Shown here: piece after piece, positions 1-10,769 of the stretch | Position numbering within the stretch: position 1 is the stretch's first letter | Layout of the letters: each line of letters begins with the position of its first letter | Source: Octopus sinensis | Taxonomy: Eukaryota | NCBI RefSeq assembly: GCF_006345805.1 | Contig: NW_021824762.1 | Coordinates: forward strand, 1-17,577 | Reading direction: 5' to 3' | DNA length: 17,577 bases | Notes under the pieces: generated by a model | What the model was told of the DNA's origin: nothing | The model's database searches: none | The model's input: the letters and a program-made list of their open reading frames with translations, nothing else | Program-made: the position numbers and the translations under genes

Positions 1-555
1 TTTTTTGACATTGATAGAAATTGATAATAAATTTTTCGAGAGTACCTTCTTCATAAGTATATTAGTTTCCAATTAATACTTTCTCCTAAGTTTCCTCTTA
101 AATATGCCAATAACCCATTGCTTTACAATACACAAGACCTGAATTCCTTTTCTACTGCCAACGACGAGACTAATTGGAAGTTAATATCTCCCATAAACTT
201 TCTGAAACCCTTCATGAACTTTATTCTTAATAACGAAATCGTTAGTCAGACGCTAGTACCTCGTCCTACAAATAGATAGTAGCATCCCCACCTTGTAGTA
301 AGCAGCAGTAGTTTGTAGCCTTCACCAGCTCCAAGCTACAAGTTATCAGCCAACAGCGTTCGTAACAATTAACAAACCGATGACATGATTTAAAACAACG
401 AGAATGAGCCTCACTCATCATCCAATAACAACGAGCCGTACGAATAGTCAATGGAAGACTTGAAGTTCTTTTGTTTCACCAATAGCGGAGAATCTGATTT
501 TGTTTTTTTTTTCTCGGGTTTGGTCTTTCTGTCACATGTCTCTATCATATTTAAT

Positions 556-612
556 GCGGTTCTCCAGCATGGCCGCAGCCAAATGACTGAAACAAGTAAA
601 AGACTAAAAGAA
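556..612 (+). mobile_element. Isolated 3' tail of SINE family A (severely 5'-truncated copy)
   Basis: GCGGTTCTCCAGCATGGCCGCAGCCAAATGACTGAAACAAGTAAAAGACTAAAAGA matches the reverse complement of the family A end at 5582-5632 and the partial end of the + copy near 6443-6467. Confidence 0.85.
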
Positions 613-984
613 TATCGATGATAATGCCTTTTTCTGCCCCGACCAACAGTTGGTGAATCACTGTTCTACCGTATTTCCTAATTCCGATAGCAGCCGGGGA
701 GGATATCGTGGATCGGAGAACAAACCCATGACATGTACTGGAAGCACTGAACGCAGAACATTCTCGCATCTCACAGAAGTCCCTAACCCTTTTATATCTC
801 AGGCTCTTCCTTTTACGCGGCAATTCAACACTGCTTTCCGAAGGCACCATCAACTCAACATTCATACGTTTTCTATACATGTATAGAAATATGCCGCTAT
901 CTAACAGACACTGCTTAATATAAAATTGGTCGATGACTTCCGATCGTTTGATCGTTTCTTTAGCAGCAAAACATTAGTGTTTTC

Positions 985-1445
985 TGTATGTATATATGTT
1001 GTTATGTATGTATGCATGTACGAACGAATGTATGTATACATGTATGCATTATGTGTATCTATGTATGTATGAAGCATGAATGTGTGTATGTATGAATGTA
1101 TGTATATATGTATGAATGTATGTATGAATGTATGTGTGTATGAATATATGTATATATGTTGTTATGTATTCATGTACGTACGAATGTATATATGTATGCA
1201 TGTATGTATGTAGGCATTATGTGTGCGTATGTATGATGTATGTATGTATGAATGTGTGTATGCCTGTGCTTGTATTACAAATGAATATATGTGCATGTTA
1301 TACGTACACATCTACATAAATAAACACATACATATATACATACATACATACATACATACATACTTACATACAGTCGTACGTTCATGTATTCATACATGCA
1401 TATGCACATATAATATATACATACATACATTCGTACGTTCATACA
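985..1445. repeat. Degenerate (TATG)n tract followed by an oppositely oriented (CATA)n tract
   Basis: TATG/TGTA units at about 985-1290 and ATAC/CATA units at about 1320-1445. There is also a direct duplication of TATATATGTTGTTATGTAT...CATGTACG near 990 and 1150. Confidence 0.85.
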
Positions 1446-1446
1446 T

Positions 1447-1458
1447 CTCCCTCACTTC

Positions 1459-1524
<66 letters not shown>

Positions 1525-1560
1525 TTCTCTCTCATTATCTCTCTCTGTCTCTCTCTCTGT

Positions 1561-1592
<32 letters not shown>

Positions 1593-1597
1593 TTCTA
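1447..1597. repeat. (CT)n microsatellite, imperfect
   Basis: Near-continuous CT dinucleotide with CTTT and CTGT interruptions. Confidence 0.95.
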
Positions 1598-1659
1598 CAC
1601 ACACACGTATATAAACATAGAATTATACATATGTATACATAAACATATTTTCACATATA

Positions 1660-1731
1660 TGAATGCGTGTGTGTATGTGTGAATGTGTGTGTCTGCGCGT
1701 GTGACTGCGAGTGTGTGTATGTGTGTGTGTA

Positions 1732-1770
<39 letters not shown>

Positions 1771-1907
1771 CTGCGTGTGAATATAAATCAAGAGAACAAA
1801 AGACAGATAGATGATGAAAAATAAATCGTTAAACTTCCAAGTGTTTGTCAGACATACAGATAAAACAGTCCCTCTACCTATTAGCACGCCTCAATACGTT
1901 TACATAC

Positions 1908-1947
<40 letters not shown>

Positions 1948-2075
1948 ATTTATGTGTGCGTGTGTATGTATATATGTATATATATATAAATATGTATATA
2001 TGCATAGAAACATGCATATATGCTTCTGTGTGTGTGTGTGTGTGCGCGCGTGCGTGCGTATGTGTGTGTGTACAC
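1660..2075. repeat. Compound (GT)n/(TA)n microsatellites
   Basis: (GT)n at about 1666-1767, 1923-1947 and 2027-2070, with (TA)n and short unique spacers between them. Confidence 0.9.
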
Positions 2076-2159
2076 ATAGACATTTATTTGCAAGTGTTTA
2101 ATGTATATTTTACACCTATACCTTTGCAAAGTATATACCTAGCTAATACAAAATAGATG

Positions 2160-2269
2160 CACACGTATATATATGTGTGTATATACGTACATGTACATAG
2201 CTGTGTGTGTATGTATGTGTACGCTTATGTATACAAATACATGTAGTGCGTTTATATATTTATTTCCGC

Positions 2270-2313
<44 letters not shown>

Positions 2314-2556
2314 ATATATATGTATATATATATGTATATATATAAATAAATACATATATATATATACATATATATATATGTACATATATATACATGTATA
2401 TCTGTATATTTACATACATATATATGCATGTGTATGTTTGTGTGTTTATATGTATATATACATATATATGTACATATATATACATTGCATATCTGTATAT
2501 TTACATACATATATATATATATATATATTATATAATAAATATATACGTATATATAT

Positions 2557-2598
<42 letters not shown>

Positions 2599-2875
2599 CT
2601 GTATATATTATATATATATATTACATACATACATATATATATACATACATCATATATATTATATGCATACATATATATATATACATACATATATACATAT
2701 ATCTATCATACATACATACTATATATTACATACATATAGATATAATATAATATAGATATATATATACATATATATATATATACATAGATAATATATATAT
2801 ATTAACATATATATTATATATATATATATATATATAGTATATTATAATATATATTCTATATATATATATAATATT

Positions 2876-2906
<31 letters not shown>

Positions 2907-2947
2907 TATACATATATATATATATATATATATAATATATATATATC

Positions 2948-3007
<60 letters not shown>

Positions 3008-3125
3008 ATATATATATATACATATATATATATACATTATATATATACATATATATATATTATATATATATAATATCATATATATATATACATAATATAT
3101 ATATATAACATATATATATACATAC

Positions 3126-3156
<31 letters not shown>

Positions 3157-3162
3157 CATACA

Positions 3163-3196
<34 letters not shown>

Positions 3197-3205
3197 CATA
3201 CATAT

Positions 3206-3258
<53 letters not shown>

Positions 3259-3281
3259 GATATCTATTATATATATATATA

Positions 3282-3334
<53 letters not shown>

Positions 3335-3350
3335 TATATATATTCGTAAT
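2160..3350. repeat. About 1.2 kb degenerate (TA)n/(TACA)n simple-repeat tract
   Basis: Almost exclusively T/A alternation with scattered C/G. It contains a local duplication of TATCTGTATATTTACATACATATAT near 2399 and 2489. It is the source of the long Y/I-rich spurious ORFs. Confidence 0.97.
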
Positions 3351-4517
3351 ATATATCCCATACCATAACACAAAGTATATTCCGAAATAGCTCAATATCG
3401 CTTTAAGCAACATTCTCGATAGTTTCTGCGCATGCTTGTGTATTCGGATAATAAGATAAAAGGTTAAGGAAGAGAAGAGTGGAAAGAAAAGAAATGAAAA
3501 GTGAATAGTAAATCAAATGGATATATGACGAAAAAAAGGAAGAAGATCGAGGAAAACAGAGGAGCGAAACACTGAATAAATAAATGCCTGTAAGATAAAA
3601 AGGTATAGCGATAAATGTTATACAAAATTTCTCCACTGGAGTGTGCCATATTGGAAAACTGGCTTTTTTTTGTTTTTGTTTTTTTTTCTTACTGCTAGCG
3701 ACTCAGTGCTTAACGATGAAATGTCGATAAAGCTAAGCTATTTTGTTTACCTCTTTATGTCGTTTGGTGGCGCTGATGTCGATAGTGTTAGTGGGGGCTG
3801 AAGCAAAATAGTCTGAAAAATGATATGATATTTGGTATGTGTGCGGTGGTGGAGGAGGCCGTGTGTTAGAGGCCGTGTTGGAGCTAGGAGATGTGTGAAT
3901 GTGATGTGTGCTTGGGGTTACGTTTGGTTTTATTTAGGAAAGTAAGTAGGTATAAGGTATAGCATGAAAAAGGAAAGGAAAACATGGCGAATAACCCCCG
4001 CCGCCATCTATTCAACCATCCTTCCATCCATCCACCAAAACAGTCGAACAATTTAATGATAGTATATAACCCATTTTAACGCGGCTAATCTTATAATGGA
4101 AAGTAAAGTGAAACCAGGCGTAGTCAAAAGACGTTCGCCACGCTGGGCCGACGACGAATTCTCTAATTTCTTACCCAAAAGCTTTTCGTTGCTCAATTGG
4201 GTCAACAGCATATCGTATACTAGGTTTTAAACCACAGCCAACATTACAGACACTAACAACAACAACACAAACAATAACGATATTAAAGGACAGCGCCACC
4301 AACGCTACTACTGTTATTTGTCATTCTATGTAGTGATGATTTTTAACGGTCGAGACAAAACCAAAAACGCTATTTTCTCGATAATCGTTCCATTACTAAA
4401 TGTATTTAGCCAGCAGATATTTTGTCTTTATTTATACAAAGCATACTCGGACGCACGCGCACACACACCACCTTCATGCGTAGACATATCTTTTAGTATC
4501 TTTGACGTGTTTTAATA

Positions 4518-5235
4518 ATTTGACTGCAGCCATGTTGGGGTGTCGCCTTGAAATGGTTTTAGTCGAATAAATCGCCCCCAGAGCTTTTTTTTAAAAGCCT
4601 GGTACTTATTCTATCAGTCTCTTTTGCCGAACCGTCAGGTTATGGGAACGTATACAAATCAACACCGATCGTCAAGCGGTGGGCGTGGGGGCAGAGAAAA
4701 AGATACACACACAGAGATATTATATTCACAAAGATTTGGTCGGCCCGAGGCTATAGTAGAAAATACTTGCCCAAAATACAACGAATGTGGTTGGGAAGCA
4801 AGCTTCTTATTTTTTTACTGCCGACAAGGGGCTACACACAGAGGGGACAAACATTAAGTCGATTATATCGACCCCAGTGCGTAACTGGTACTTATTCAAT
4901 CAACCCCGAAAGGATGAAAGGCAAAGTTGACCTCTGCGGAATTTGAACTCAGAATGTAGCGGCAGACGAAATACCTATTTCTTTATTACCCACAAGGGGC
5001 TAAACACAGAGGGGACAAACAAGGACAGACATAGGTATTAAGTCGATTACATCGACCCCAGTGCGTAACTGGTACTTAATTTATCGACCCAGAAAAGATG
5101 AAGGCAAAGTCGACCTCGGCAGAATTTGAACTCAGAACGTAGCGGCAGACGAAATACCGCTAAGCATTTCGCCCGGCGTGCTAACGATTCTGCCAGCTCG
5201 CCGCAAGCTTCTTACCACACAGACACGCCTGCGCC
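4518..5235 (-). mobile_element. tRNA-derived SINE family A, copy A1, internally deleted and interrupted by a family B insertion
   Basis: 4518-4809 and 5215-5235 align colinearly with copies at 5582-5986 and 11194-11848 (for example TTTGACTGC-GCCATG, TCTTTTGCCGAACCG, TTGGTCGGCCCGAGGCTATAGTAGAA, CTTACCACACAG). Probably one of the published octopus OK/OR SINE families; the exact name is unverified. Confidence 0.9.
4810..5202 (-). mobile_element. tRNA-derived SINE family B: one head plus two tandem body units, with 12-bp TSD
   Basis: On the minus strand the head GGCGAGCTGGCAGAATCGTTAGC (5202-5159) is followed by unit 5158-4976, which carries the B-box-like GAGTTCAAATT, and then a second unit 4975-4810. 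GCAAGCTTCTTA flanks it at 4798-4809 and 5203-5214. Confidence 0.9.
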
Positions 5236-5581
5236 TATATAATTAAAACTGGATTGGAAACCACGATACTTGGGCTCGGTAATCAGTTCTACACACCACT
5301 CTTTACGTTCTATGCGGTATGAAACTAACTATTGTATCGCGACACAAGCTAGCGTCAGGGGTTCGAGTCACGTTATATTGTAATAAGAAACGCAGAAAAC
5401 GTAATTGGTATTTTTAAGCGGTATATAATGCATGTTTCTGTGAGCCAACTGGACGCATTCCCAGGAATATAGGAATTTCTATTTGTATCCAGTTGGCTCT
5501 CGAAAGCGCGTGAATATTATATGAAGAGTGAAATTCCTGTTACGGTTTTTAAATTTCTTATTAGCATATACATATTTTAAT

Positions 5582-5986
5582 TTCTTTTACTTGTTTCAGT
5601 TAAATGACGGCGGCCATGCTGGAGCATCGCCTTGATGGGGTCTCGGTCGAACAAATCGACCCCAGGTATTTTTTTAAAGCCTATCCGTCCTTTATTGCTG
5701 AACCGCTAGGTTACGGGGACATAAACACACCAACACCGGTTGTCAAGCGGTAATGGTGGGGATGGAGGCAAAAACAGACACAAAGACACATAAATATAAT
5801 ATATACTATATATATAATATATATATATATATATATTTCAGTTTCCGTCAACCAAGTCCACTAACGAGGATTTGGTCGGCCCGAGGCTTTAGTAGAAGAC
5901 AGTGTCCTAAGGTGCCAAGCAGTGGGACTGAACCCCGAACCATGTGGTTGGGAAGCAAACTTCTTACCACACAGCCACGCCCATGC
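5582..5986 (-). mobile_element. SINE family A, copy A2, near full length (about 405 bp)
   Basis: The minus strand reads A-box-like TGGCTGTGTGG, B-box-like GGTTCGGGGTTCAGTCCC, a central (TA)n and the tail GCTCCAGCATGGCC...TGAAACAAGTAAAAGAAA. Confidence 0.92.
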
Positions 5987-6016
5987 ATATATGTATTTAT
6001 GTGCATATATAATATA

Positions 6017-6467
6017 GGTACAGGCATGGCTGTGTGGTAAGAAGTTTGCTTCCCACCCACATTGATCCAGGTTCAGTTCCACTGCGTGCACCTTGTACAA
6101 GTGTTTTCTATTATAGCTTCGGGCTGACCAAAGCCTTGTGAGTGGATTTGGTAGACGGAAACTGAAAGAAGCTTATTTGCCCTTGTTTGTCCCCTCTATG
6201 TTTTGCCCCTTGTGGGCAATAAAGAAATAGGAAAATGAAAGGAGTCCGTCGTATACATATATATATATATATTTGTTGGTGTGTGTGTGTCTGTGTGTCT
6301 GTGTTTGTACCCCACCATCGCTTGGCAACCGATGTTGGTCTGTTTACATCCCTGTAACTTAACAGTTCGGCAAAAATATACCGACACAATAAGTACCCTG
6401 CTTACAACGAATAAGTCCTGGGGTGGATTTGTTCAACTAAAGGCGGTGCTCCAGCATGGCCGTCGTC
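6017..6467 (+). mobile_element. SINE family A, copy A3 (3' tip missing), carrying a small nested insertion
   Basis: It has TGGCTGTGTGG (A-box-like), GGTTCAGTTCC (B-box-like), a central (TA)/(GT) tract and ends at GGCGGTGCTCCAGCATGGCC. It is the inverted homologue of A2. Confidence 0.92.
6173..6230 (+). mobile_element. 5'-truncated 3' tail of SINE family B nested in copy A3
   Basis: CCTTGTTTGTCCCCTCTATGTTTTGCCCCTTGTGGGCAATAAAGAAATAG matches the reverse complement of about 4976-5025. It is flanked by GAAACTGAAAGAAGC (6158-6172) and GAAAATGAAAGGAGT (6231-6245), 12/15 identical. Confidence 0.85.
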
Positions 6468-6671
6468 CACACACACACACACACATATATTACACAGAAA
6501 TATTACCAAAGCACTTTTGAAATCTCATAAAGAACAAAAAAGAAGAACCTGACATTTCAAAATATTTCTATCAAGGCAAGCTATAATGATTTCTAACATA
6601 AAAGTACAGATATTATCTTTTATTCGTGTTATAGGTTTTCACGAATTTATTTACACGCAAAAAATAAGTGA

Positions 6672-6788
6672 GGACAGCGAGGTAGCAGGATCGTTAGCGC
6701 GTCGGAAACAAAAACTCGTTGCGGTATTCTCACCGAAATGTTACGTTTCGAGTTCACGTCCCACCGAGGCAAACTTTACCTTTCATCC
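6672..6788 (+). mobile_element. Old, diverged 5' part of a family B-like SINE
   Basis: GCGAGGTAGCAGGATCGTTAGCGCGTCGG...GCGGTATT...TACGTTTCGAGTTCAC...CCGAGGCAAACTTTACCTTTCATCC is colinear with the reverse complement of about 5095-5202. Confidence 0.75.
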
Positions 6789-7555
6789 ATCCAGCTTTTG
6801 CTAAAACCACAGAACGGGCGTTCAATGACATCGACTGTTTTTGTTGTTTTTTTCTCTCCTCCTAACTGCTGCCTCGTACTTAAATTAAATTCGAAAAGAA
6901 GAAATGGAACAATATTCTCAAATTTAGATTTCATCTTTAATCTCCATGAAATAGAATAACGGAAAACTTGGCTGCAAGGAGTCGCACACGCACACTCAAA
7001 TGATATTTATTACGAAGAAGCAAGCATTCTTTGAGGCAGAAAAATATTGCGCTGGGAGGGAAATTTTTAATCGTAACCCCATCATACATACATATATATA
7101 TATATATATTCATGCATATATATGCTGTAGATGTTCATTTTGACACGACACTAACTTTGAGTGTGTGTGAATTTATATGTGTGCGTATGTATGTGTTGTT
7201 TCTGTGTGTGTATATGCAATCAGATCGGTAACAGGAACAGAATAGAACAAAGCATAGAGGAGAAACGGCTGGACGTGCTAGCAGGAAAAAAAAAATGCTT
7301 TCATAGATATACATATAGATAAAGTAACGGACAAACAGACACACAGACAGAGAAACAGACAACCACACAGGCAGGAAGGCAGGCAGACAGACAGACAGTG
7401 CAAAAATAAAGACAAATGAAACAAAGGGACATACAAGAAAAAGAAAAGAAAGGACAGAATTTATAACCAGTGCGGATCACTCGCTGAACAGACGGGCGGA
7501 GAGACAGAACTGCAGGAAAAGATACATATCTATATAATTGAACGAGGCTTAAAAA

Positions 7556-7918
7556 CAGCGCCATTTTCTGTATTGCTAATTCCCTATCGCATAAAAGAAA
7601 CGCCGTCAGCATCCAGAAAATGGCGGCGAAGAAAGAGAGCGTGGAGTTGGATCGTTGATGGTGCCGTGATTGTGAGAGAGGTAGGAGGAGAAGGAGAAGG
7701 AGGAGGAGGAGGAAGAAGCGTAGGAGTCGGATGAAATAGCTGGGTCAGAGATGATGAAGTGGGAGGTAGAAGGTCAAAAAGAGAAGCACGAATAAAACAA
7801 AACAAAACAAAAACAAAAATAAAAAATAAAATCGAGAAAGTGCCGTCTATAATAACCAATAAGACAAGGTCTTTTTTTATATTATTTTTATTCAGCCCTG
7901 AGGCTGTCACGTGATTGG
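7556..7918. promoter_or_regulatory. Possible promoter-like motif cluster (two YY1-type motifs, CCAAT boxes, E-box)
   Basis: CGCCATTTT at 7559-7567, AAAATGGCGGC at 7617-7627, CCAAT at 7856-7860 and GTCACGTGATTGG at 7906-7918. This is motif matching only; no linked exon was identified. Confidence 0.25.
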
Positions 7919-8418
7919 ACCTCTGAGCAGTTAAATCGTATTCATTGTTACTTTACTTCATCACAACCGTTGTTTTCATTTCGTTTCTCCGCTGCAATCG
8001 TTTTACTATTATCTTCATTATGTTCTGCCCTTTATTTCTTTTTCTTCTTCCCATTTGTTTATCTACTTTCTATTCCTGTTTCCGCATAGTAATTTGTTAT
8101 ATTATAGCGTATTATTTTTTTGTCTATATTTATTTTTTCGAACTTAGCGCTAGCTTCTTGCCTCCTGTGCTTTAGGTATTAACTCTTCTTTCTCAGACTT
8201 GTTCTCTTCTCTTTTCTCATTCTTTTTTCCACATCTTTTCTCATTTTTTTCCCCTTGTTCTTCTTTAACTGACTTCCAACCAGATGAATAATTTCAGTTA
8301 ATCTACTGACCGGGAGGTGGGAGAAAATGAAAAAACGAACACGAATTCAACCTGCCGTTCACTACATTCACACACACACACACAAATTATGCATGTAATG
8401 TGTGTTTGTTTTGTGTGT

Positions 8419-8419
<1 letters not shown>

Positions 8420-8492
<73 letters not shown>

Positions 8493-8505
8493 TGTATATA
8501 TACAT

Positions 8506-8544
<39 letters not shown>

Positions 8545-8605
8545 TGTGTGTGTGTGTGTTCTGTATATATATAGATATATATATATATGTCTGTATATAT
8601 ACATA

Positions 8606-8643
<38 letters not shown>

Positions 8644-8681
8644 CTGTATATATACATAATATATATATATATTATATATAT

Positions 8682-8719
<38 letters not shown>

Positions 8720-8851
8720 GTGTGTGTGTGTGTGTGTCTGTATATATACATAATATATATATATAATATATATATATATCTATGTATATACATAATATAT
8801 ATATATATATACATGTCTGTATATATACATAATATATATATATTATATATA

Positions 8852-8894
<43 letters not shown>

Positions 8895-8905
8895 CACATA
8901 TGTAT
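8420..8905. repeat. Compound (TA)n/(TG)n tract with a higher-order repeat
   Basis: GTCTGTATATATACATAA recurs at 8490, 8589, 8642, 8736 and 8815 between variable TA/TG runs. Confidence 0.9.
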
Positions 8906-9012
8906 GAATATATATGTGTGTAATATGATTGAATATATGTGTATGCATCATATATACATGCATTACAATCTATTAATATATATACATACACATGTATGTA
9001 TGTATGTATGTA

Positions 9013-9153
<141 letters not shown>

Positions 9154-9677
9154 CTGTGTAATTTCACCCAAAGCGAAATGCATTAGAAGGAAAAAAGAAA
9201 AATGATAGAAAAATGAATGAAAATAAAGACAAAATTTAAAAACGAAATATAAATGAAATAACAACTGAAAACAAAAACTGTTTCCGAAATCAATGGAATT
9301 CTGTGTTAGTGTTAATGTTATTGCGTATTAAATAGTACACGCACATGCGCGCGAGCACATGTACACCTATAGACATACTGTAAATGTAAGAGTCTGTGAC
9401 TGTATATATTTGTGTATGTGTGTGTGTGTGAATGTATTTTACATATATATATATATATATATTATGTGTGGTGTGTGTGTGTGTGTGTGTGTGTGTGTTG
9501 AGAGAGAGAGAGAAGGAGAAAGTGAGAGATAGATACAAACGCACTCACATATAATGATGTAAAGATATGCAATTATGGAATTCCCTCCATTGTACTAACA
9601 GAAATACCAGCATGACTTTTGTATTTCTATGCATTTCATTTCGATTTTGTTCAAGATTCATGAAGATAAAGAGAAAT

Positions 9678-9716
<39 letters not shown>

Positions 9717-9719
<3 letters not shown>

Positions 9720-10040
9720 CTTACTGGTTAGAGCGTTGGGCCTACAATCATAAGGTTTTGAGTACGATTCCCGGATGGGACTACGTTTTGTGTTATTGAG
9801 CAAGACACTTTATTTCCTCTGGCTCCAGTTCACTCAGCTGTAGAAAGGAGTTGCGACGTCACTGGCACCAAGCTGTATCGAGCTTTGCCTTTCCCTTGGA
9901 TAAGATCGGTGGTGTGGAGAGCGGAGACTGGTACACATGGGCGACTACTGGTCTTCCTCAAACTATCTTGCATGGACTTGTGCTTTGAGAGGGAACTTTC
10001 TTGGTGCAATCTCATTGTCATTCGTGAATGAAGAGGGGTC
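9717..10040 (+). mobile_element. tRNA-derived CORE-type SINE (group C, tail type 1), diverged
   Basis: It has A-box-like TAGCTTACTGG and degenerate B-box GAGTACGATTCC. Then TTGAGCAAGACACTTTATTTC...GCTCCAGTTCACTCAGCTG is shared with 13571-13633 and resembles the CORE domain. The 3' boundary is approximate. Confidence 0.8.
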
Positions 10041-10302
10041 ATATCATTCAATTACGGTAGTAGTTGAAAAATATTCTTAAGGCCGCAATTTACCCACACG
10101 CGGCGTCTGTTAGAGCTTCTCGCTAATTCAGTTCTTAACCAAATGGAAAACTGTTAATATTTTTGAAGAGGGCTGGTCCCTAGCCATATTTTGGCATAAG
10201 AAATTGTGATTTGGTCCAGTAGAAAAAAGTTTACATCAAAATTTGTAGCGACGTTATAGGAGAGTAAGTAACGCCACCAATCAACTTTAGATCTAAATAA
10301 CT

Positions 10303-10570
10303 TTTTTATTTTATAAGCAAACTATATTCATCATAGCTTCAATGATAGAAGAAAGCGTGAAGAATTTCATAGCTTTGATCCCATGCAACAAAAATTTGTA
10401 CCAAAAAAGTAGTGAGATAAAATATCATGAAAAATATAAGGCAAAAAATTGGATTTAAATATAATAATTTTTTTTATATTTTAAAAACAAACTATATTTT
10501 CATTAATCTTAGATGATAGAACGCAATTCGAGGAATTTCCTGGTATTAATCTCATGCAATGAAGCTTTGA
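10303..10570. repeat. Two diverged direct repeats, period about 171 bp
   Basis: Colinear anchors: CAAACTATATT at 10318/10488, ATGATAGAA at 10342/10513, GAATTTC at 10362/10533 and CATGCAA at 10382/10553 (offsets 170-171). Confidence 0.7.
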
Positions 10571-10769
10571 AAGAGAAAAGATAAGAGTGTTTGTTTCTCA
10601 AATTTGTGGGTGATAATATAGTTCCATACGTTTTTATGAATATAGTCCTATAAGAGGGCTTTTAATATATGTCACTGGCATCGTTGAGATAAGGAAAAAA
10701 AATACCAACGACACGGCTAATTGACACATTAATTAGCATAATAGCATAACCTGCAAAAAACATGGGTTA

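Noticed and set aside
266-886. ORFs 266-451(-), 551-880(-) and 650-886(+) in unique sequence
   Set aside because: No recognisable domain. The 551-880 ORF runs through a SINE tail, and no convincing splice sites were seen.
1128-3373. Many 60-180 aa ORFs rich in Y/I/C/V/H/T (similar ones at 8298-9264 and 12063-12448)
   Set aside because: They are direct translations of TA, TG, CA and GATA microsatellites, open in several frames on both strands.
3981-4010. AACATGGCG and CCGCCATCT YY1-like motifs with a short ORF starting MANNPRRHLF
   Set aside because: The motifs are weaker than those at 7559-7627, and the ORF is about 31 codons with no recognisable homology.
3764-4302. 12-bp inverted match TTGGTGGCGCTG (3764-3775) / CAGCGCCACCAA (4291-4302), CTCF-half-site-like; GGACAGCGCC also resembles an RE1 half-site
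   Set aside because: Only part of the CTCF consensus matches. A 12-bp pair is within chance for this window, no TSD is evident, and REST is not expected in a mollusc.
4810-5158. Tandem family B units as a possible hammerhead retrozyme
   Set aside because: I found no CTGANGA...GAAA hammerhead core on either strand of the unit.
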